The notes: generated from the sequence alone by a model not told the origin. Shown: positions 38,312 to 49,427, counted from the stretch's first letter. The stretch: 64,000 nt of DNA from Sedimenticola hydrogenitrophicus (GCF_025175675.1 NZ_JANIOA010000011.1:51864-115863); one strand, 5' to 3'. Program-made: numbers and translations.

Positions 38312-39877
38312 CTACGCCTGCACTGCTTCGGCGTAGCGCTCGCGCAACCGTGGCTTCTCGATCTTGCCGGTGGCATTGCGCGGCACGCGGTCGAACAGGT
38401 AGCGGCGGGGACGCTTGTAACGGGGCAACCGCTCCGCGAAAGTTGCCAGTGCCTGTTCCGTGAGACTATGCCCCTCCTTGAGCTGGATGATCGCCGTAAC
38501 CAACTCGCCGAGGCGCTGGTCCGGGGTGCCGATCACGGCGATATCCTGGATGCTCGGGTGTTCGAGAAAAAAGTGCTCGATCTCCACCGGCGAAACGTTC
38601 TCGCCACCGGTGATAATCAAGTCCTTCTTGCGATCCACCAGCCAGATGAAGCCCTCCCGGTCCATCCGGGCGATGTCGCCGGTATGCAGCCAGCCATCCT
38701 GGAGGGTCTCGGCGGTCGCCTCCGGGTTGCGGTAATAGCCCTGCATCACCCCCGGTCCCTTCACCAGCAGTTCACCGGCCTGACCCGAAGGCAGGCGCTT
38801 GCCCCGGTCATCGACAATACACGCCTCCCAGTCAAACCCGGGCTTGCCGATGGCGCCGATCTTGTGGCTGTTGCCCGCACCGAGATGGATACAGCCGGGA
38901 CCGCTGCTCTCGGTCAGGCCGTAGTTGGTGTCGTACTCATGGTGCGGAAACAGCTTCCTCCACGCCTTGATCAGGTTAGGCGGCACCGGCTGGGCGCCGA
39001 TATGCATCAGCCGCCACTGATCCAGGCGGTAACGGCCGAAATCGAGTTCGCCGTTCTCCCAGGCGATCAGGATGTCGTGGGCCCAGGGCACCAGCAGCCA
39101 GACGATGGTCGCTTGTTCCTCGGAGATCGCCTCCAGGATCCACTCCGGGCGCGCGCCCTTCAGCAGCACCGCCCGGGCGCCGACCACGAAATTGCCGAAC
39201 CAGTGCATCTTGGCCCCGGTGTGGTAGAGCGGCGGTATGCAGAGAAAGTTGTCTTCATGGGTCTGCCGGTGGTGCTGGTTCTCCACATAACAGGCGTGTT
39301 CCAGGTTGCGGTGGCTCAGGCTCACCGCCTTGGGCAGACCGGTGGTGCCGGAGGTGAAGTAGAGCGCCGCCTGGTCGGTGATCTCCAGGTCGATCCGCGG
39401 CGGGGTATCGGCAGCCCCGCTGACAAAGCGGTCGTAGGCGATGGCAAAACCGGGGCAATCCTGGTCCGGCCCCACATAGACATAGTGGCGGACGGTTCGG
39501 TCCAGCGCCGGTTTCACCGCGGCAATGCGTTGGCTGAATTCCGGCCCGAACAGCAGCACCCGGGCCTCGGCAAGCTCATTGCAGCGCTGGATGATCCCGG
39601 CCTCGAAGCGGAAGTTGAGCGGCGCGGCGATGGCGCCGGCGCGCAGGATGCCGAAGTAGGCGGGCAGCCACTCGAGCGAGTTCATCATCAGGTGCAACAC
39701 CCGATCCCCCCGGGCGACGCCGTGGGCCAGCAGGGCGTTGGCCAGGCGGCTCGCCTCGCGATCAAACATCCGCCAGCTGATCTCCCGCCGGCGGTTGGCG
39801 GCCGGATCACGCTCAACCAGCGCGATCTCGTCGGCATACATACGTCCGTTACGGGACAAAATCTCGGTAATCAACAT
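38312..39877 (-). CDS. AMP-dependent synthetase/ligase (acyl-CoA synthetase family)
   Basis: AMP-binding motifs (YTSGTTGLPKAV, GYGLTE) and a conserved K near the C-terminus. The start was chosen at MLITEIL. Confidence 0.85.
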   Translation of the reverse strand: MLITEILSRNGRMYADEIALVERDPAANRRREISWRMFDREASRLANALLAHGVARGDRVLHLMMNSLEWLPAYFGILRAGAIAAPLNFRFEAGIIQRCNELAEARVLLFGPEFSQRIAAVKPALDRTVRHYVYVGPDQDCPGFAIAYDRFVSGAADTPPRIDLEITDQAALYFTSGTTGLPKAVSLSHRNLEHACYVENQHHRQTHEDNFLCIPPLYHTGAKMHWFGNFVVGARAVLLKGARPEWILEAISEEQATIVWLLVPWAHDILIAWENGELDFGRYRLDQWRLMHIGAQPVPPNLIKAWRKLFPHHEYDTNYGLTESSGPGCIHLGAGNSHKIGAIGKPGFDWEACIVDDRGKRLPSGQAGELLVKGPGVMQGYYRNPEATAETLQDGWLHTGDIARMDREGFIWLVDRKKDLIITGGENVSPVEIEHFFLEHPSIQDIAVIGTPDQRLGELVTAIIQLKEGHSLTEQALATFAERLPRYKRPRRYLFDRVPRNATGKIEKPRLRERYAEAVQA

Positions 39878-40009
39878 CGCTGGGAATGGCCTGTCGCTCG
39901 ATTGGTGGCGACCCCTGCCCCCCCGCATGCCCTGTACAAACCGATGAAGCGGGGCTGGAATCAGCACAGGTCTTGTGGGGTTAATTTATCACAGAAAAAG
40001 AGGGGCCGT

Positions 40010-40250
40010 GAGGAGTGGTACAGGGACGTACCGTTTACGGACCTAAGGAGGGAGGAGTGGTGCAGGGATGTACCGTTTACGGAGCCGAGGATGCCATGAA
40101 CCGTTTACGGATCTAAGGATTGAATAAACGCGAACAAGGTTATTGGGGATCCGGTTGACCTGGGTCGGGTGGGCACGCTTTTTGTGCCCACGCGGAAGGT
40201 ACGGTACGTGGCAAAAGGTGGCCGCAGACTACCTGCCCACCCTACGCAAC
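40010..40250. repeat. family C 42-bp units (2.5 tandem copies, 40010-40118) followed by a family A element (40160-40250)
   Basis: gaggagtggtacagggacgtaccgtttacggacctaaggaggg|aggagtggtgcagggatgtaccgtttacggagccgaggatgcc|atgaaccgtttacgga; then gggtgggcacgctttttgtgcccac. Confidence 0.75.
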
Positions 40251-40268
40251 TCAACCGGATAAACGGCG

Positions 40269-40814
40269 CTATTCGCGTTCGATCGTGGCGATGGTCCCCA
40301 GCGCCGTCTCGATCTCCGGGTAGCGGGGCAACCACGCCTCCGACAGGTCGGCCATGGCGCCGAAGCAGCGCAGGCGCATTACATTGGGCTGGCTGTCGGA
40401 CTGCAGCCAGAGATCGTAGTAGCGGGATATCAGCGGCTCGCCGATCTCCCTTTCGGAAAGGGAGAACAGCCCCAGTCCAGCCACCCGAACAGAGGGCTGT
40501 CCGACGATCTGGGTGTTGCCCAGTTGAACCTGTTTTACCGCGAAGGTGTCGGGCGCTATCTGTTGCGGTGTCTGTTTCAGATCCCGCACCTCGAAGCTGC
40601 AGCTGGGCCAATACTGGTCCAAATCGGAATGGCCCGTCACCGCGCCGCGCTGCAGGAATACCCGGGTATGTCCCGACCGGATATCCAGCGGTTGATTCAG
40701 CACAATACGACTGCCCACCGGGACGCGGTAGAAGGGCGAGTCCGGATTCCGCACCGCCTGCTGGACACAGGAGCTCAGCAGCAGGGGTACAACAAGGGTC
40801 AGGGTCAGTTTCAT
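40269..40814 (-). CDS. hypothetical lipoprotein (lipobox LLSSC)
   Basis: Signal peptide plus lipobox. No recognisable domain. Confidence 0.5.
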   Translation of the reverse strand: MKLTLTLVVPLLLSSCVQQAVRNPDSPFYRVPVGSRIVLNQPLDIRSGHTRVFLQRGAVTGHSDLDQYWPSCSFEVRDLKQTPQQIAPDTFAVKQVQLGNTQIVGQPSVRVAGLGLFSLSEREIGEPLISRYYDLWLQSDSQPNVMRLRCFGAMADLSEAWLPRYPEIETALGTIATIERE

Positions 40815-41001
40815 CAGGCCGTTCATTCGCCACCTCACCGGTTACTCTAATACCGTAGACAGGCCGGTACAGACCGGGTTCATCCATAGTATACGACCGG
40901 ATCGAATGCGCATCCGCAATTCCGGGGAAAACGAGTCCTCTGCGCCGGCCAGGGTCTATAATCCAGGGTGCCTTTTCTATCTTGCACACAAGGAACACAC
41001 C

Positions 41002-41235
41002 ATGAAGTCAATTACTGCTGTACTGTTGAGCGCCCTGTTGCTGGTTACCGCAGGCAATCTCCTGGCCGCCAAGAAAGAAGGCAAGGCCTACGGCGCCGGC
41101 GGCGTCTCGGAAGAGAAGATGAGCGACTCCGCCGCCGAACACCGCAAGGCTTATGCCGGAGAAAACGAGAAGAGGATGAGTGAAGAGAAGGAGATGAAAG
41201 AGGAGAAGATGAAAAAAGCGAAGAAGCAGAAATAA
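41002..41235 (+). CDS. small secreted Lys/Glu-rich protein, MXKDX-pentapeptide-repeat-like
   Basis: Signal peptide, then repeated M-x-(K/E)-(E/D)-x motifs (MSDSA, MSEEK, MKEEK, MKKAK). Confidence 0.45.
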   Translation: MKSITAVLLSALLLVTAGNLLAAKKEGKAYGAGGVSEEKMSDSAAEHRKAYAGENEKRMSEEKEMKEEKMKKAKKQK

Positions 41236-41478
41236 GATCATTTTCTGCCCCTCAACCTCCCGGGGATCGGTGCTGGGCCAATCGACGCTTGCCCAGTCGC
41301 CCCCAGTACGCCGCCTGGCACCGCCCCCCCCACCACCCCGCGGGAGACCGCCGGGGAAGTCGCCGCACCCGGCCGAACCTGCGGCAATATATGCTTTACT
41401 TAAATAGAGCATTCGAGATCACGGCACAGCGACATACAAGGCTGTCCACACCAACAACCAGAAAATAAGGACCCGGTC

Positions 41479-42594
41479 ATGAGCGAAGCATTCGATCAAG
41501 TCGATGAACTGGGCCCGGCCAAGATTATCCACGTCTACGAGCCCACCCATCAGCTGAAGGCGATCCTGGTGGTCGACAACGTGGCCTGCGGACCGGCCAT
41601 CGGCGGGCTGCGCATGGCCCCCGACGTGAGCACCCGGGAGTGCGCCCGGCTGGCCCGCGCCATGACTCTGAAGAATGCCGCCGCCGGACTCGATCACGGC
41701 GGCGCCAAATCGGTGCTGTTCGGCGACCCGAAAATGCCCCGCGAACAGAAGGAGCCGCTGATCCGCGCCTTTGCCTGCGCCGTGCGCGGCAACGAGGAGT
41801 ACATCTTCGGCCCCGACATGGGCACCGACGAGAGCTGCATGGCCTGGGTCCGGGATGAGCTGGGCGGCCGTGCCGTGGGGCTGCCCCGGGCGCTCGGCGG
41901 CATCCCTCTGGATGAACTCGGTGCCACCGCCTGGGGCCTGAGCAGCGCCGTGGACGCCGCCCTGGAACACGTGGACTTCCGCCTCGACGGCGCCCGCCTG
42001 GTGATCCAGGGTTTCGGCTCGGTCGGCTTGCACGCCGCCCGTTTCCTGCTGGAGAAGGGCGCCGTGCTGGTGGCGGCGGCCGACTCCCGGGGCGCCACCT
42101 ACCACCCGGACGGCCTCGATCTGGACGAGCTGATCCGCCTCAAGGGCGAGGGCGCGAGCGTCGCCAGCTATCCCAAGGGGGAAAAGCTGGCGCGCGATGC
42201 GGTGGTCGGCATCGCCTGCGACATCTGGATCCCGGCGGCACGGCCTGACGTGGTGCATGCCGGCAATGTCGGACTGATGGACACCCGGCTGGTGGTGCAG
42301 GGGGCCAACATCCCGTTCACCAGCGAGGCGGAGACCGCCCTGCATCAGCGCGGCGTGCTGGTGATCCCGGACTTCATCGCCAACGCCGGCGGCGTCATCT
42401 GCGGCGCCATGGAGTATCGGCACATGAGTCAAAAAATGGCCTTCGAGGCCATCGCCGAGAAAGTCAGTAGCAACACCGCCGGGGTGCTGGAACGGTCGGC
42501 CAGGGAAAAGATACCACCCCGGGAGGCGGCGGTGGCCATGGCCGGCGAACGGGTACGTCGGGCCATGCAGACCCGGCGCTGGTCCATCTTCTGA
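41479..42594 (+). CDS. Glu/Leu/Phe/Val dehydrogenase family enzyme
   Basis: Catalytic region GGxK (GLDHGGAKSV) plus a C-terminal NAD(P) Rossmann motif (GFGSVG). Confidence 0.85.
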   Translation: MSEAFDQVDELGPAKIIHVYEPTHQLKAILVVDNVACGPAIGGLRMAPDVSTRECARLARAMTLKNAAAGLDHGGAKSVLFGDPKMPREQKEPLIRAFACAVRGNEEYIFGPDMGTDESCMAWVRDELGGRAVGLPRALGGIPLDELGATAWGLSSAVDAALEHVDFRLDGARLVIQGFGSVGLHAARFLLEKGAVLVAAADSRGATYHPDGLDLDELIRLKGEGASVASYPKGEKLARDAVVGIACDIWIPAARPDVVHAGNVGLMDTRLVVQGANIPFTSEAETALHQRGVLVIPDFIANAGGVICGAMEYRHMSQKMAFEAIAEKVSSNTAGVLERSAREKIPPREAAVAMAGERVRRAMQTRRWSIF

Positions 42595-42626
42595 TCCGCA
42601 ATGCCACCCCGGCGCAAGGAGTACAT

Positions 42627-44340
42627 GATGCCACCGCTGAACAGCAGCTACCTCCACCAGGGCAGTGACTTCCCGCTGATCGGCGACACCATCCCGCAGT
42701 GGCTGGCGCGGGTGACGGCGGCGCAGGGCGGGCGCGAGGCGGTGGTTTCGCGTCCCCAGGCGCGACGCCTGAGCTATCGGCAACTGGCGGACCAGGTGGA
42801 CCAGCTGGCGCGGGCTCTGCTGGGATTGGGCTTCAACCGCGGCGACCGCATCGGCATCTGGTCCACCAACAATATCGAGTGGCTGCTGCTACAGCTGGCC
42901 ACCGCACGCATCGGCGTCATCCTGGTCAACATCAATCCCGCCTACCGCAGCCATGAACTCGCCTACGCCCTGCAGCGTTCCGAGGTGCAGGGGCTGTTCC
43001 TGATCCCCGCGTTCCGTTCCAGCGACTACCTGGCGATGCTGCTCGAGCTGCTGCCGGAGCTGCGCCAGGCACCCCCCGGGGAGTGGTGCAACGCGCGCTT
43101 CCCCCACCTGCGCCGGGTAGTGTTGTACGACCCCCGCAACCCCGAAGCCACGGCACCGGCGGCACCCGGGATGAATGTCTGGCGCGACCTGTTGGAGGCG
43201 GCGGAGGCGGTCTCCGGCGCCACCCTGGAGGCGGCCACGGCGGCGCTGGACCGGGACGACCCGATCAACATCCAGTACACCTCCGGTACCACCGGCTCAC
43301 CCAAGGCGGTGCTGCTGAGCCACCATAACCTGATCAACAACGCCTGGTTCGCCGCCCAGGGGCTGCAGTTCGGCCCCGATGACCGGCTCTGCGTCTCGGT
43401 GCCGTTCTACCACTGCTTCGGTATGGTGCTGTGCAACCTGCTGGCGCTTTCGGTCGGCGCCTGTGTGGTGATCCCCTGTGAGCACTTCGATCCGCTGCAG
43501 GTGCTGGAGACGATCGAGGCGGAGCGCTGTACCGCACTGCACGGGGTGCCCACCATGTTCATCGCCGAGCTGGACCATCCCCGGTTCAGTCGCTTCGACC
43601 TCGGCTCCCTGCGCACCGGCATCATCTCCGGCGCCCCCTGTGCCCCGGAGCTGCTGCGCCGGCTCACCGAACAGATGCACTGCGGCGAGATCCTGGTCGG
43701 CTACGGCCAGACCGAAGCCTCGCCCCTGACCCATCTCTCCCGTCCCGACAGCACCCTGCAGCAGCGTACCGAGACGGTGGGCATCAACCTGCCGCACCAG
43801 GAGGTGAAGCTGGTCTCCACCGAGAGCGGGCAGACCGTGCCGATCGGCGCGGTGGGGGAGGTCTGCTATCGCGGCTATCACGTGATGCGCGGCTACTACG
43901 GCGATGCCGAGGCCACCGCCCAGGCCATCGACCCGGCGGGCTGGCTGCACTCGGGGGATCTGGGGGTGATGCAGGCGGACGGCTACCTGCGCATCACCGG
44001 CCGACTCAAGGAGATGATCATCCGCGGCGGCGAGAACATCTACCCCCGGGAGATCGAGGACTTCCTGTTCACCCACCCCAAGATCGCCTCGGCGGCGGTG
44101 TTCAGCCTACCCGACCCCTTCTACGGCGAGGAGGTGGTCGCCTGGATCAAGCTGCGCGCAGGTGAACAGGCCAGCGAGGCCGAAATCCGCGACTACTGCA
44201 AGCAGCGGATCGCCCACTTCAAGGTACCGAAGCAGATCCGCTTCGTCGACGAGTTCCCGATGACCGTCACCGGCAAGCTGCAGAAATTCCGCATGCGCGA
44301 GCTGATGCTGGCGGAGACGGACCAGACCCACATTATCTAA
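42627..44340 (+). CDS. AMP-binding acyl-CoA synthetase/ligase
   Basis: YTSGTTGSPKAV, GYGQTE and the C-terminal K motifs. Confidence 0.85.
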
Positions 44341-44469
44341 ACGCGTAAATGCTTGAAAGGGAGGATCTGCCCAGAGTTAGATGGCGTCGTCCCGGGAGAC
44401 GGATACCCCGATTGATAACCACTACCACTTGGATATACTGAAACCATTGTTTTTACCGATGGTTAATCC

Positions 44470-45405
44470 ATGAACCTGCGGGACCTGAAGTACATCATCG
44501 CCGTTGCCGAGACGCGGCACTTCGGCAAGGCGGCTGAGCGCTGTTTCGTCAGCCAGCCCACCCTTAGCGGCCAGATCAGGAAACTGGAGGAGGAGTTGGG
44601 GGTGGCGATCTTCGAGCGCAGCAACCGCTCGGTGACCATCACCCCGGTGGGCGAAGAGATCCTGGGCCATGCCCGGCAGATGCTGGAGCAGGCGGATGCA
44701 ATCCAGCAGGTGTCGCGGCGTCACCAGGACCCGCTGGCCGGCCCCCTGCGAATAGGCGCCATTCCCACCCTCAGCCCCTACCTGATGCCGCTGATTCTGG
44801 CGCCGCTGAAAAAACGCCACCCGCAGATGCAGCTGGTGCTGTCGGAGGAGATGACCGAGACCCTGCTGCAACGCCTGCATCGGCACGAGATCGATGCCGC
44901 CCTGCTGGCCACCCCGGCGGACGCGCCGGACCTGCGGAGCCTGCCGCTGTTCAACGAGCCGTTCTGGGTCGCCTTCCCCCGCAGCCACCCGTTCTACACC
45001 CGGGAGCGGATCACCCAGGCGGACCTGAACAACGAAAACCTGCTGCTGCTCTCCGAGGGCCACTGCCTGGCCGACCAGGCGATGACGGTCTGCCACCTGC
45101 AGCAGCGTCAGGCGGAAGGCGGAATGGCGGACCTGCGGGCGGCTAGCCTGGAGACCCTGATTCAGCTGGTCGGCGCCGGTTACGGCATCACCCTGATCCC
45201 GGCGTTGGCGATGCGCGGCTCCTGGGCCAGCGGCAGTGGCGTGGTGGCCCAACCTCTGGCCGCGGCAGACGCCTCGCGAAACGTGGTCCTGGTCTATCGC
45301 CAAAGCTTCCCCCGCCAGGAGGCACTACACGCCCTGGCCGCCGTGCTCCTCGACAACCTCCCCAACACCGTGACCCCTCTCGCCGCCGACAGACCGACCG
45401 AATAG
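44470..45405 (+). CDS. oxyR: LysR-family hydrogen-peroxide-responsive regulator
   Basis: The N-terminus RDLKYIIAVAETRHFGKAAERCFVSQPTLSGQIRKLEEELGV resembles the OxyR HTH. A redox Cys pair context is present. A peroxiredoxin gene lies downstream. Confidence 0.8.
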   Translation: MNLRDLKYIIAVAETRHFGKAAERCFVSQPTLSGQIRKLEEELGVAIFERSNRSVTITPVGEEILGHARQMLEQADAIQQVSRRHQDPLAGPLRIGAIPTLSPYLMPLILAPLKKRHPQMQLVLSEEMTETLLQRLHRHEIDAALLATPADAPDLRSLPLFNEPFWVAFPRSHPFYTRERITQADLNNENLLLLSEGHCLADQAMTVCHLQQRQAEGGMADLRAASLETLIQLVGAGYGITLIPALAMRGSWASGSGVVAQPLAAADASRNVVLVYRQSFPRQEALHALAAVLLDNLPNTVTPLAADRPTE

Positions 45406-45452
45406 CGGCATCCAGCGCAGCGCCCCCTTTTGGGTAATCGATAGTCCATTAT

Positions 45453-45648
45453 GGCTGTCCCGTTAACAAACACTGCCATGTTGTAAAGGGTGATTTTCCT
45501 TGGCCTACAGTGTGTTTTTCAGAATTGAGACACGAATTCTCAGTGACTTCTCCCGTCATTCCGGCGCAGGCTGGAATCCAGCAGTTTCAACGACTTACTG
45601 GATGCCGGCCTGCGCCGGCATGACGGATGAAAAGTTAACGGGACAGCC
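45453..45648. mobile_element. approximately 196-bp palindromic MITE-like element (TIR GGCTGTCCCGTTAAC, nested TCATTCCGGCGCAGGC hairpin) in the oxyR-prx intergenic region
   Basis: Perfect 15-bp TIRs at 45453-45467 and 45634-45648 with an internal inverted repeat. Confidence 0.65.
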
Positions 45649-45761
45649 GTGATAGGTTATGCCTATCAATTTTATAGTAACAAACGATTTTACCTATCTA
45701 TTGCCAGCCCCGATAATCCTCCCATCGCCAGCAACAACCCAGGCCGGAAGGAGGGTAAGCC

Positions 45762-45971
45762 ATGACCAAGACATTCACCTTTGCCGCCGTGCATTTCAGT
45801 GTCGCCTTTTCGGTGGCCTACCTGCTGACCGGCAGTCTGCTGGTGGGGGGCGCCATCGCCCTGGTCGAGCCGGCCATCAACACGGTCGCCTACCACATAC
45901 ACGAATGGCTCTGGATGTGCTGGCGGCAGGCACACGACAACAGCGCCGGCAACCGCGTCCGCTTTGCTTGA
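45762..45971 (+). CDS. small membrane protein, DUF2061-like
   Basis: 69 aa with two predicted TM helices, immediately upstream of the prx gene. Confidence 0.45.
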   Translation: MTKTFTFAAVHFSVAFSVAYLLTGSLLVGGAIALVEPAINTVAYHIHEWLWMCWRQAHDNSAGNRVRFA

Positions 45972-46008
45972 AACGATCAACCCTGACTTATTGAAACGGA
46001 GAAAACCC

Positions 46009-46752
46009 ATGTTTAAAAATCACGAAGGCAACAACGTACCCCAGGTCACTTTCCGCACCCGTCGCAACCACGAGTGGGTCGATGTCACCAGCGACGAGCT
46101 GTTCAAGGGCCGGACCGTGGTGGTGTTCTCACTGCCAGGCGCCTTTACCCCGACCTGCTCCTCCACCCACGTGCCGCGCTACAACCAGCTGGCACCGGCC
46201 TTCAAGGCGCAGGGCGTGGACGAGGTGATCTGCATCTCGGTCAACGACGCCTTCGTCATGAACGAGTGGCAGGCGGAACAGCACGCCGACAACATCACCT
46301 TCATCCCGGACGGCAACGGCCACTTCAGCGAGGGCATGGGGATGCTGGTGGACAAGCAGGAGCTGGGCTTCGGCAAGCGCTCCTGGCGCTACTCCATGCT
46401 GGTGAAGGACGGCGTGGTGGAGAAGATGTTCGTCGAGCCGAACAAGCCGGGCGACCCGTTCGAGATCTCCGACGCGGACACCATGCTCGGTTACATCGCC
46501 CCCAACGCGGAGAAACCGAAGGACATCACCGTCTTCACCCGTCCGGGCTGCGAGTTCTGCGCCCGGGCCAAGGGCATGTTGCACGACGCCGGCCTGCAGT
46601 TCGAGGAGCTGGTGCTGAACCGGGACTACACCGAGGCCAGCCTGCGGGCGGTCGCCGGCCAGTCCACGGTGCCCCAGGTGTTCATCAACGGGGAGCACAT
46701 CGGCGGATCGGAGGCGCTCGAGGCGTACATGGCCGAGGCCAAGGCTGCCTGA
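46009..46752 (+). CDS. peroxiredoxin (Prx5-type) - glutaredoxin hybrid
   Basis: The N-terminus PGAFTPTCS is the peroxidatic Cys motif. The C-terminus has the glutaredoxin CPxC-like motif ([11 protein letters not shown]). It lies downstream of oxyR. Confidence 0.85.
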   Translation: MFKNHEGNNVPQVTFRTRRNHEWVDVTSDELFKGRTVVVFSLPGAFTPTCSSTHVPRYNQLAPAFKAQGVDEVICISVNDAFVMNEWQAEQHADNITFIPDGNGHFSEGMGMLVDKQELGFGKRSWRYSMLVKDGVVEKMFVEPNKPGDPFEISDADTMLGYIAPNAEKPKDITVFTRPGCEFCARAKGMLHDAGLQFEELVLNRDYTEASLRAVAGQSTVPQVFINGEHIGGSEALEAYMAEAKAA

Positions 46753-46814
46753 TACGGCATGCAGCCACCCCGGGGTTGTTGTCGTGGGACAGGGAGGTCC
46801 CGATGCCGTTCCGG

Positions 46815-47483
46815 CTATCCCCCGGTGAAGTAAAACCAGAACGGTATTGGCGCCACCGCCACGACCAGCAGGGCGAGATAGCCCCAGTAGGGCACGAGCC
46901 GGCTCATGCCCACCATCAGGCCGATACCGCCACCGCCGCCGATCAGCGCATTCCCCGGCATATTGAGAATCGCGGCAATGCTCAGGTAGCGGTGATTGAC
47001 CAGGAACAGCGCCACCTTGTCCGGCAGTTGATCCTGCAGCAGCCGCAGACGCTCGCTGCGGCCCAGCGGCTCAAGCTGCAACACCAGCAATCGTGCGCGC
47101 TCGAGGTGGAGCCACTGAAGGAATCGGCAGACCAGTGCGGATGGTATCAGGCGCCCCACCAGGTAGCTGATAGAGAGCGCTGCCAGGGTGGAGAGGTAGA
47201 CCAGCACCGCCCCCTTGCTGCCCAACAGCATCATCAGACCGAGACCGATCTCCATACCTGGCATGAAGGGCATCGCCATCAGCAGGATATAGAACAGCAC
47301 CACCCCCAGGATCAGCAGGTCGCGCATCGCCGCCTGCCGGGGAGTGATCCCACCAATATTGATCTGCTCCTCAAGCCACACACCGGTGAAGTGAAGCCCC
47401 ACCAGCACCAGGATCAGCAGCAGGAGCTTGAGATAGCGCCCGCGCCTGACGGCCCGGTCCCGGCTCTGATTCACTAACAGCAT
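46815..47483 (-). CDS. hypothetical polytopic membrane protein
   Basis: 222 aa, multiple hydrophobic segments, Gly-rich GGGGGIG loop. Confidence 0.45.
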   Translation of the reverse strand: MLLVNQSRDRAVRRGRYLKLLLLILVLVGLHFTGVWLEEQINIGGITPRQAAMRDLLILGVVLFYILLMAMPFMPGMEIGLGLMMLLGSKGAVLVYLSTLAALSISYLVGRLIPSALVCRFLQWLHLERARLLVLQLEPLGRSERLRLLQDQLPDKVALFLVNHRYLSIAAILNMPGNALIGGGGGIGLMVGMSRLVPYWGYLALLVVAVAPIPFWFYFTGG

Positions 47484-47541
47484 TCAGTACCTGCTTATCG
47501 ATTAGTAGCGGCTCCCCCGGACGGGGGGTGGCGGGACCGGA

Positions 47542-48519
47542 TCACTCCACCGGAGTGCGGATCACCGCCAGCTTATCAGTCGCCGACTCCGGTAGCCAGA
47601 CCTCCCCCGGGCGGCCGTGGATCTGCCGGACCATCGCGTTCCGGCTCGGCAGGGTGATCGATTCAAAGGCCTCTGACACGGGATCGAAGCGCCAGATGGC
47701 ATTGCCGCCGAAATCGGACACCCATACCCGGTCCGCCGCGTCGACATAGACCGCATAGGCCCTGGGCCGGTCGCCGGGGAGCGGCCATTCACGCCACTGC
47801 CCGGTAGCGGTGTGGTAACGGCCGAGCCGCCCGGCATTCCACTCGCTGACCCAGATGTGGCCCTGCGAATCGCCCCATACCCGCCGCGCACCCTGGCGCG
47901 GGGTCGGCGGCTCAATTATCTCCGCCGACCCCGTCTCCGTGTCCACCCGGGCGATATGCGAGCCGGCGAGCGAGGCGTAGTAAATGTTCCCGTCCACTCC
48001 GCTGCTGATGCCGTAAGGCCCGCGCCCGCGCGGCGCCTCGAACACCCGCACCTCGCCGCTGTCCGGATCGACGCTACCGTAGTAGCCGGCCTGGCCGGTG
48101 AACCAGAGTATCCCCCGGGCATCGAAGGCGGCGGTGTTGAGATTCATGTAGGGGGTCCCGGGAGGCGGTGCGAAGCGCCGCACCGCCTGGTTGTGCGGAT
48201 CGACGCGCAGCACGGCATTGAGACCGGAGTCGGTGACCCAGGCGGCACCATCGGGGCCGACGATCACCCCGTGGGGACTCGAGCCGTCACCCAGGGGGAT
48301 GTGGCGGGTGGCGCCGCTGGCCGGATCAAGCCAACCCAGGGCGCCGGCGTGCTGGGCGGTGTACCAGACCCCGCCATCCGCCGCCGGGGCCACGTCGTGG
48401 GGGTGATCGCCGTCCGGCACGGCAAACTCCTGCACCTCGGCACCAAATGCCGCCACCCCCGGCAGGCTGAACAGCACCAGCAACAGGTAGCGGATCAACT
48501 GTCTCGGGGGCATAGTCAC
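47542..48519 (-). CDS. secreted beta-propeller protein, Vgb (streptogramin lyase)-like repeats
   Basis: Signal peptide plus repeated GPDGAxWxT / IxxGPDGxxW blades. Confidence 0.55.
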   Translation of the reverse strand: MTMPPRQLIRYLLLVLFSLPGVAAFGAEVQEFAVPDGDHPHDVAPAADGGVWYTAQHAGALGWLDPASGATRHIPLGDGSSPHGVIVGPDGAAWVTDSGLNAVLRVDPHNQAVRRFAPPPGTPYMNLNTAAFDARGILWFTGQAGYYGSVDPDSGEVRVFEAPRGRGPYGISSGVDGNIYYASLAGSHIARVDTETGSAEIIEPPTPRQGARRVWGDSQGHIWVSEWNAGRLGRYHTATGQWREWPLPGDRPRAYAVYVDAADRVWVSDFGGNAIWRFDPVSEAFESITLPSRNAMVRQIHGRPGEVWLPESATDKLAVIRTPVE

Positions 48520-48855
48520 ACCTCCTCTCGGACCGACCGACGCCTAGTTACGTAGGTTGGGTTAGCGGCGCGCAGGCACGACGCCTGCAGACCACGACAA
48601 TGCCCGGGCGCCGCGTAACCCAACAATTTCCCAGTCGCCCGACGGCGGGTTCGGGTGCGCACCTGACAACATGCTCGGAGATTGCCTTTCGGTTCGAGAG
48701 GTAACGTTATGCCTCCGTCACCTATCCTGCGCCGATATAGGTACCGTTAGCAAAGTATAGCGCCCTCCCGCGGTGATTCCCGTCCGGGCGATGCGGCGCT
48801 GCCATCGGGGGCAGGCTATAGTTGTGGTTGGTATCCACACGGAGGTTGCTTCCCA

Positions 48856-49427
48856 TGGCACAACTGATCGCCGGTCTCGTTCTGTTCTTCGCCAGCCACT
48901 CCATATCGATCATCAACCAGCCCTGGCGCGACCGCATGGCCACGCGGCTGGGCGAGAAGGCCTGGCAGGGGCTGTATGGCCTGGTGGCGTTGGCGGGGCT
49001 GGTGCTTATCGTCCGGGGCTACGGCGTGGCGCAGCAGGCACCAGTCGTATTGTACGCGCTTCCCGGCTGGGCCCGGCCGGTCAGCCTGCTGCTGATGCTG
49101 CCGGTGTTCCCGCTGCTGATCGCCACCTATTTCCCCGGACGCATCCAGGCGGCGGCAAAACATCCGATGTTGCTGGCGACCCTGCTCTGGGCCCTGGCTC
49201 ACCTGCTGGCCACCGGCACCCTGGCGAGCCTGCTGCTGTTCGGCAGTTTTCTGTTATGGGCGATGGCCGACCGGCTCTCCATGAACCGGCGGGAGCAGCG
49301 CCCGATCCCGGGCGCACCGCCCACTGCTTGGAACGATGCCGTCGCCCTGCTGGCCGGGCTGGCGCTCTACGCCGGCTTCCTGTTCTGGCTGCACGGCTGG
49401 TTGTTTGGGGTGGCACTGATCCGCTAG
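48856..49427 (+). CDS. NnrU-family membrane protein
   Basis: Approximately 190 aa with 5-6 TM helices and the NnrU-like pattern (HPMLLATLLWALAHLL). Confidence 0.5.

Noticed and set aside
38225-40099. 624-aa plus-strand ORF antisense to the acyl-CoA synthetase gene. It ends by reading through family C repeats (EEWYRDVPFTDLR...)
   Set aside because: Antisense shadow ORF. The repeat-encoded peptide tail is incidental.
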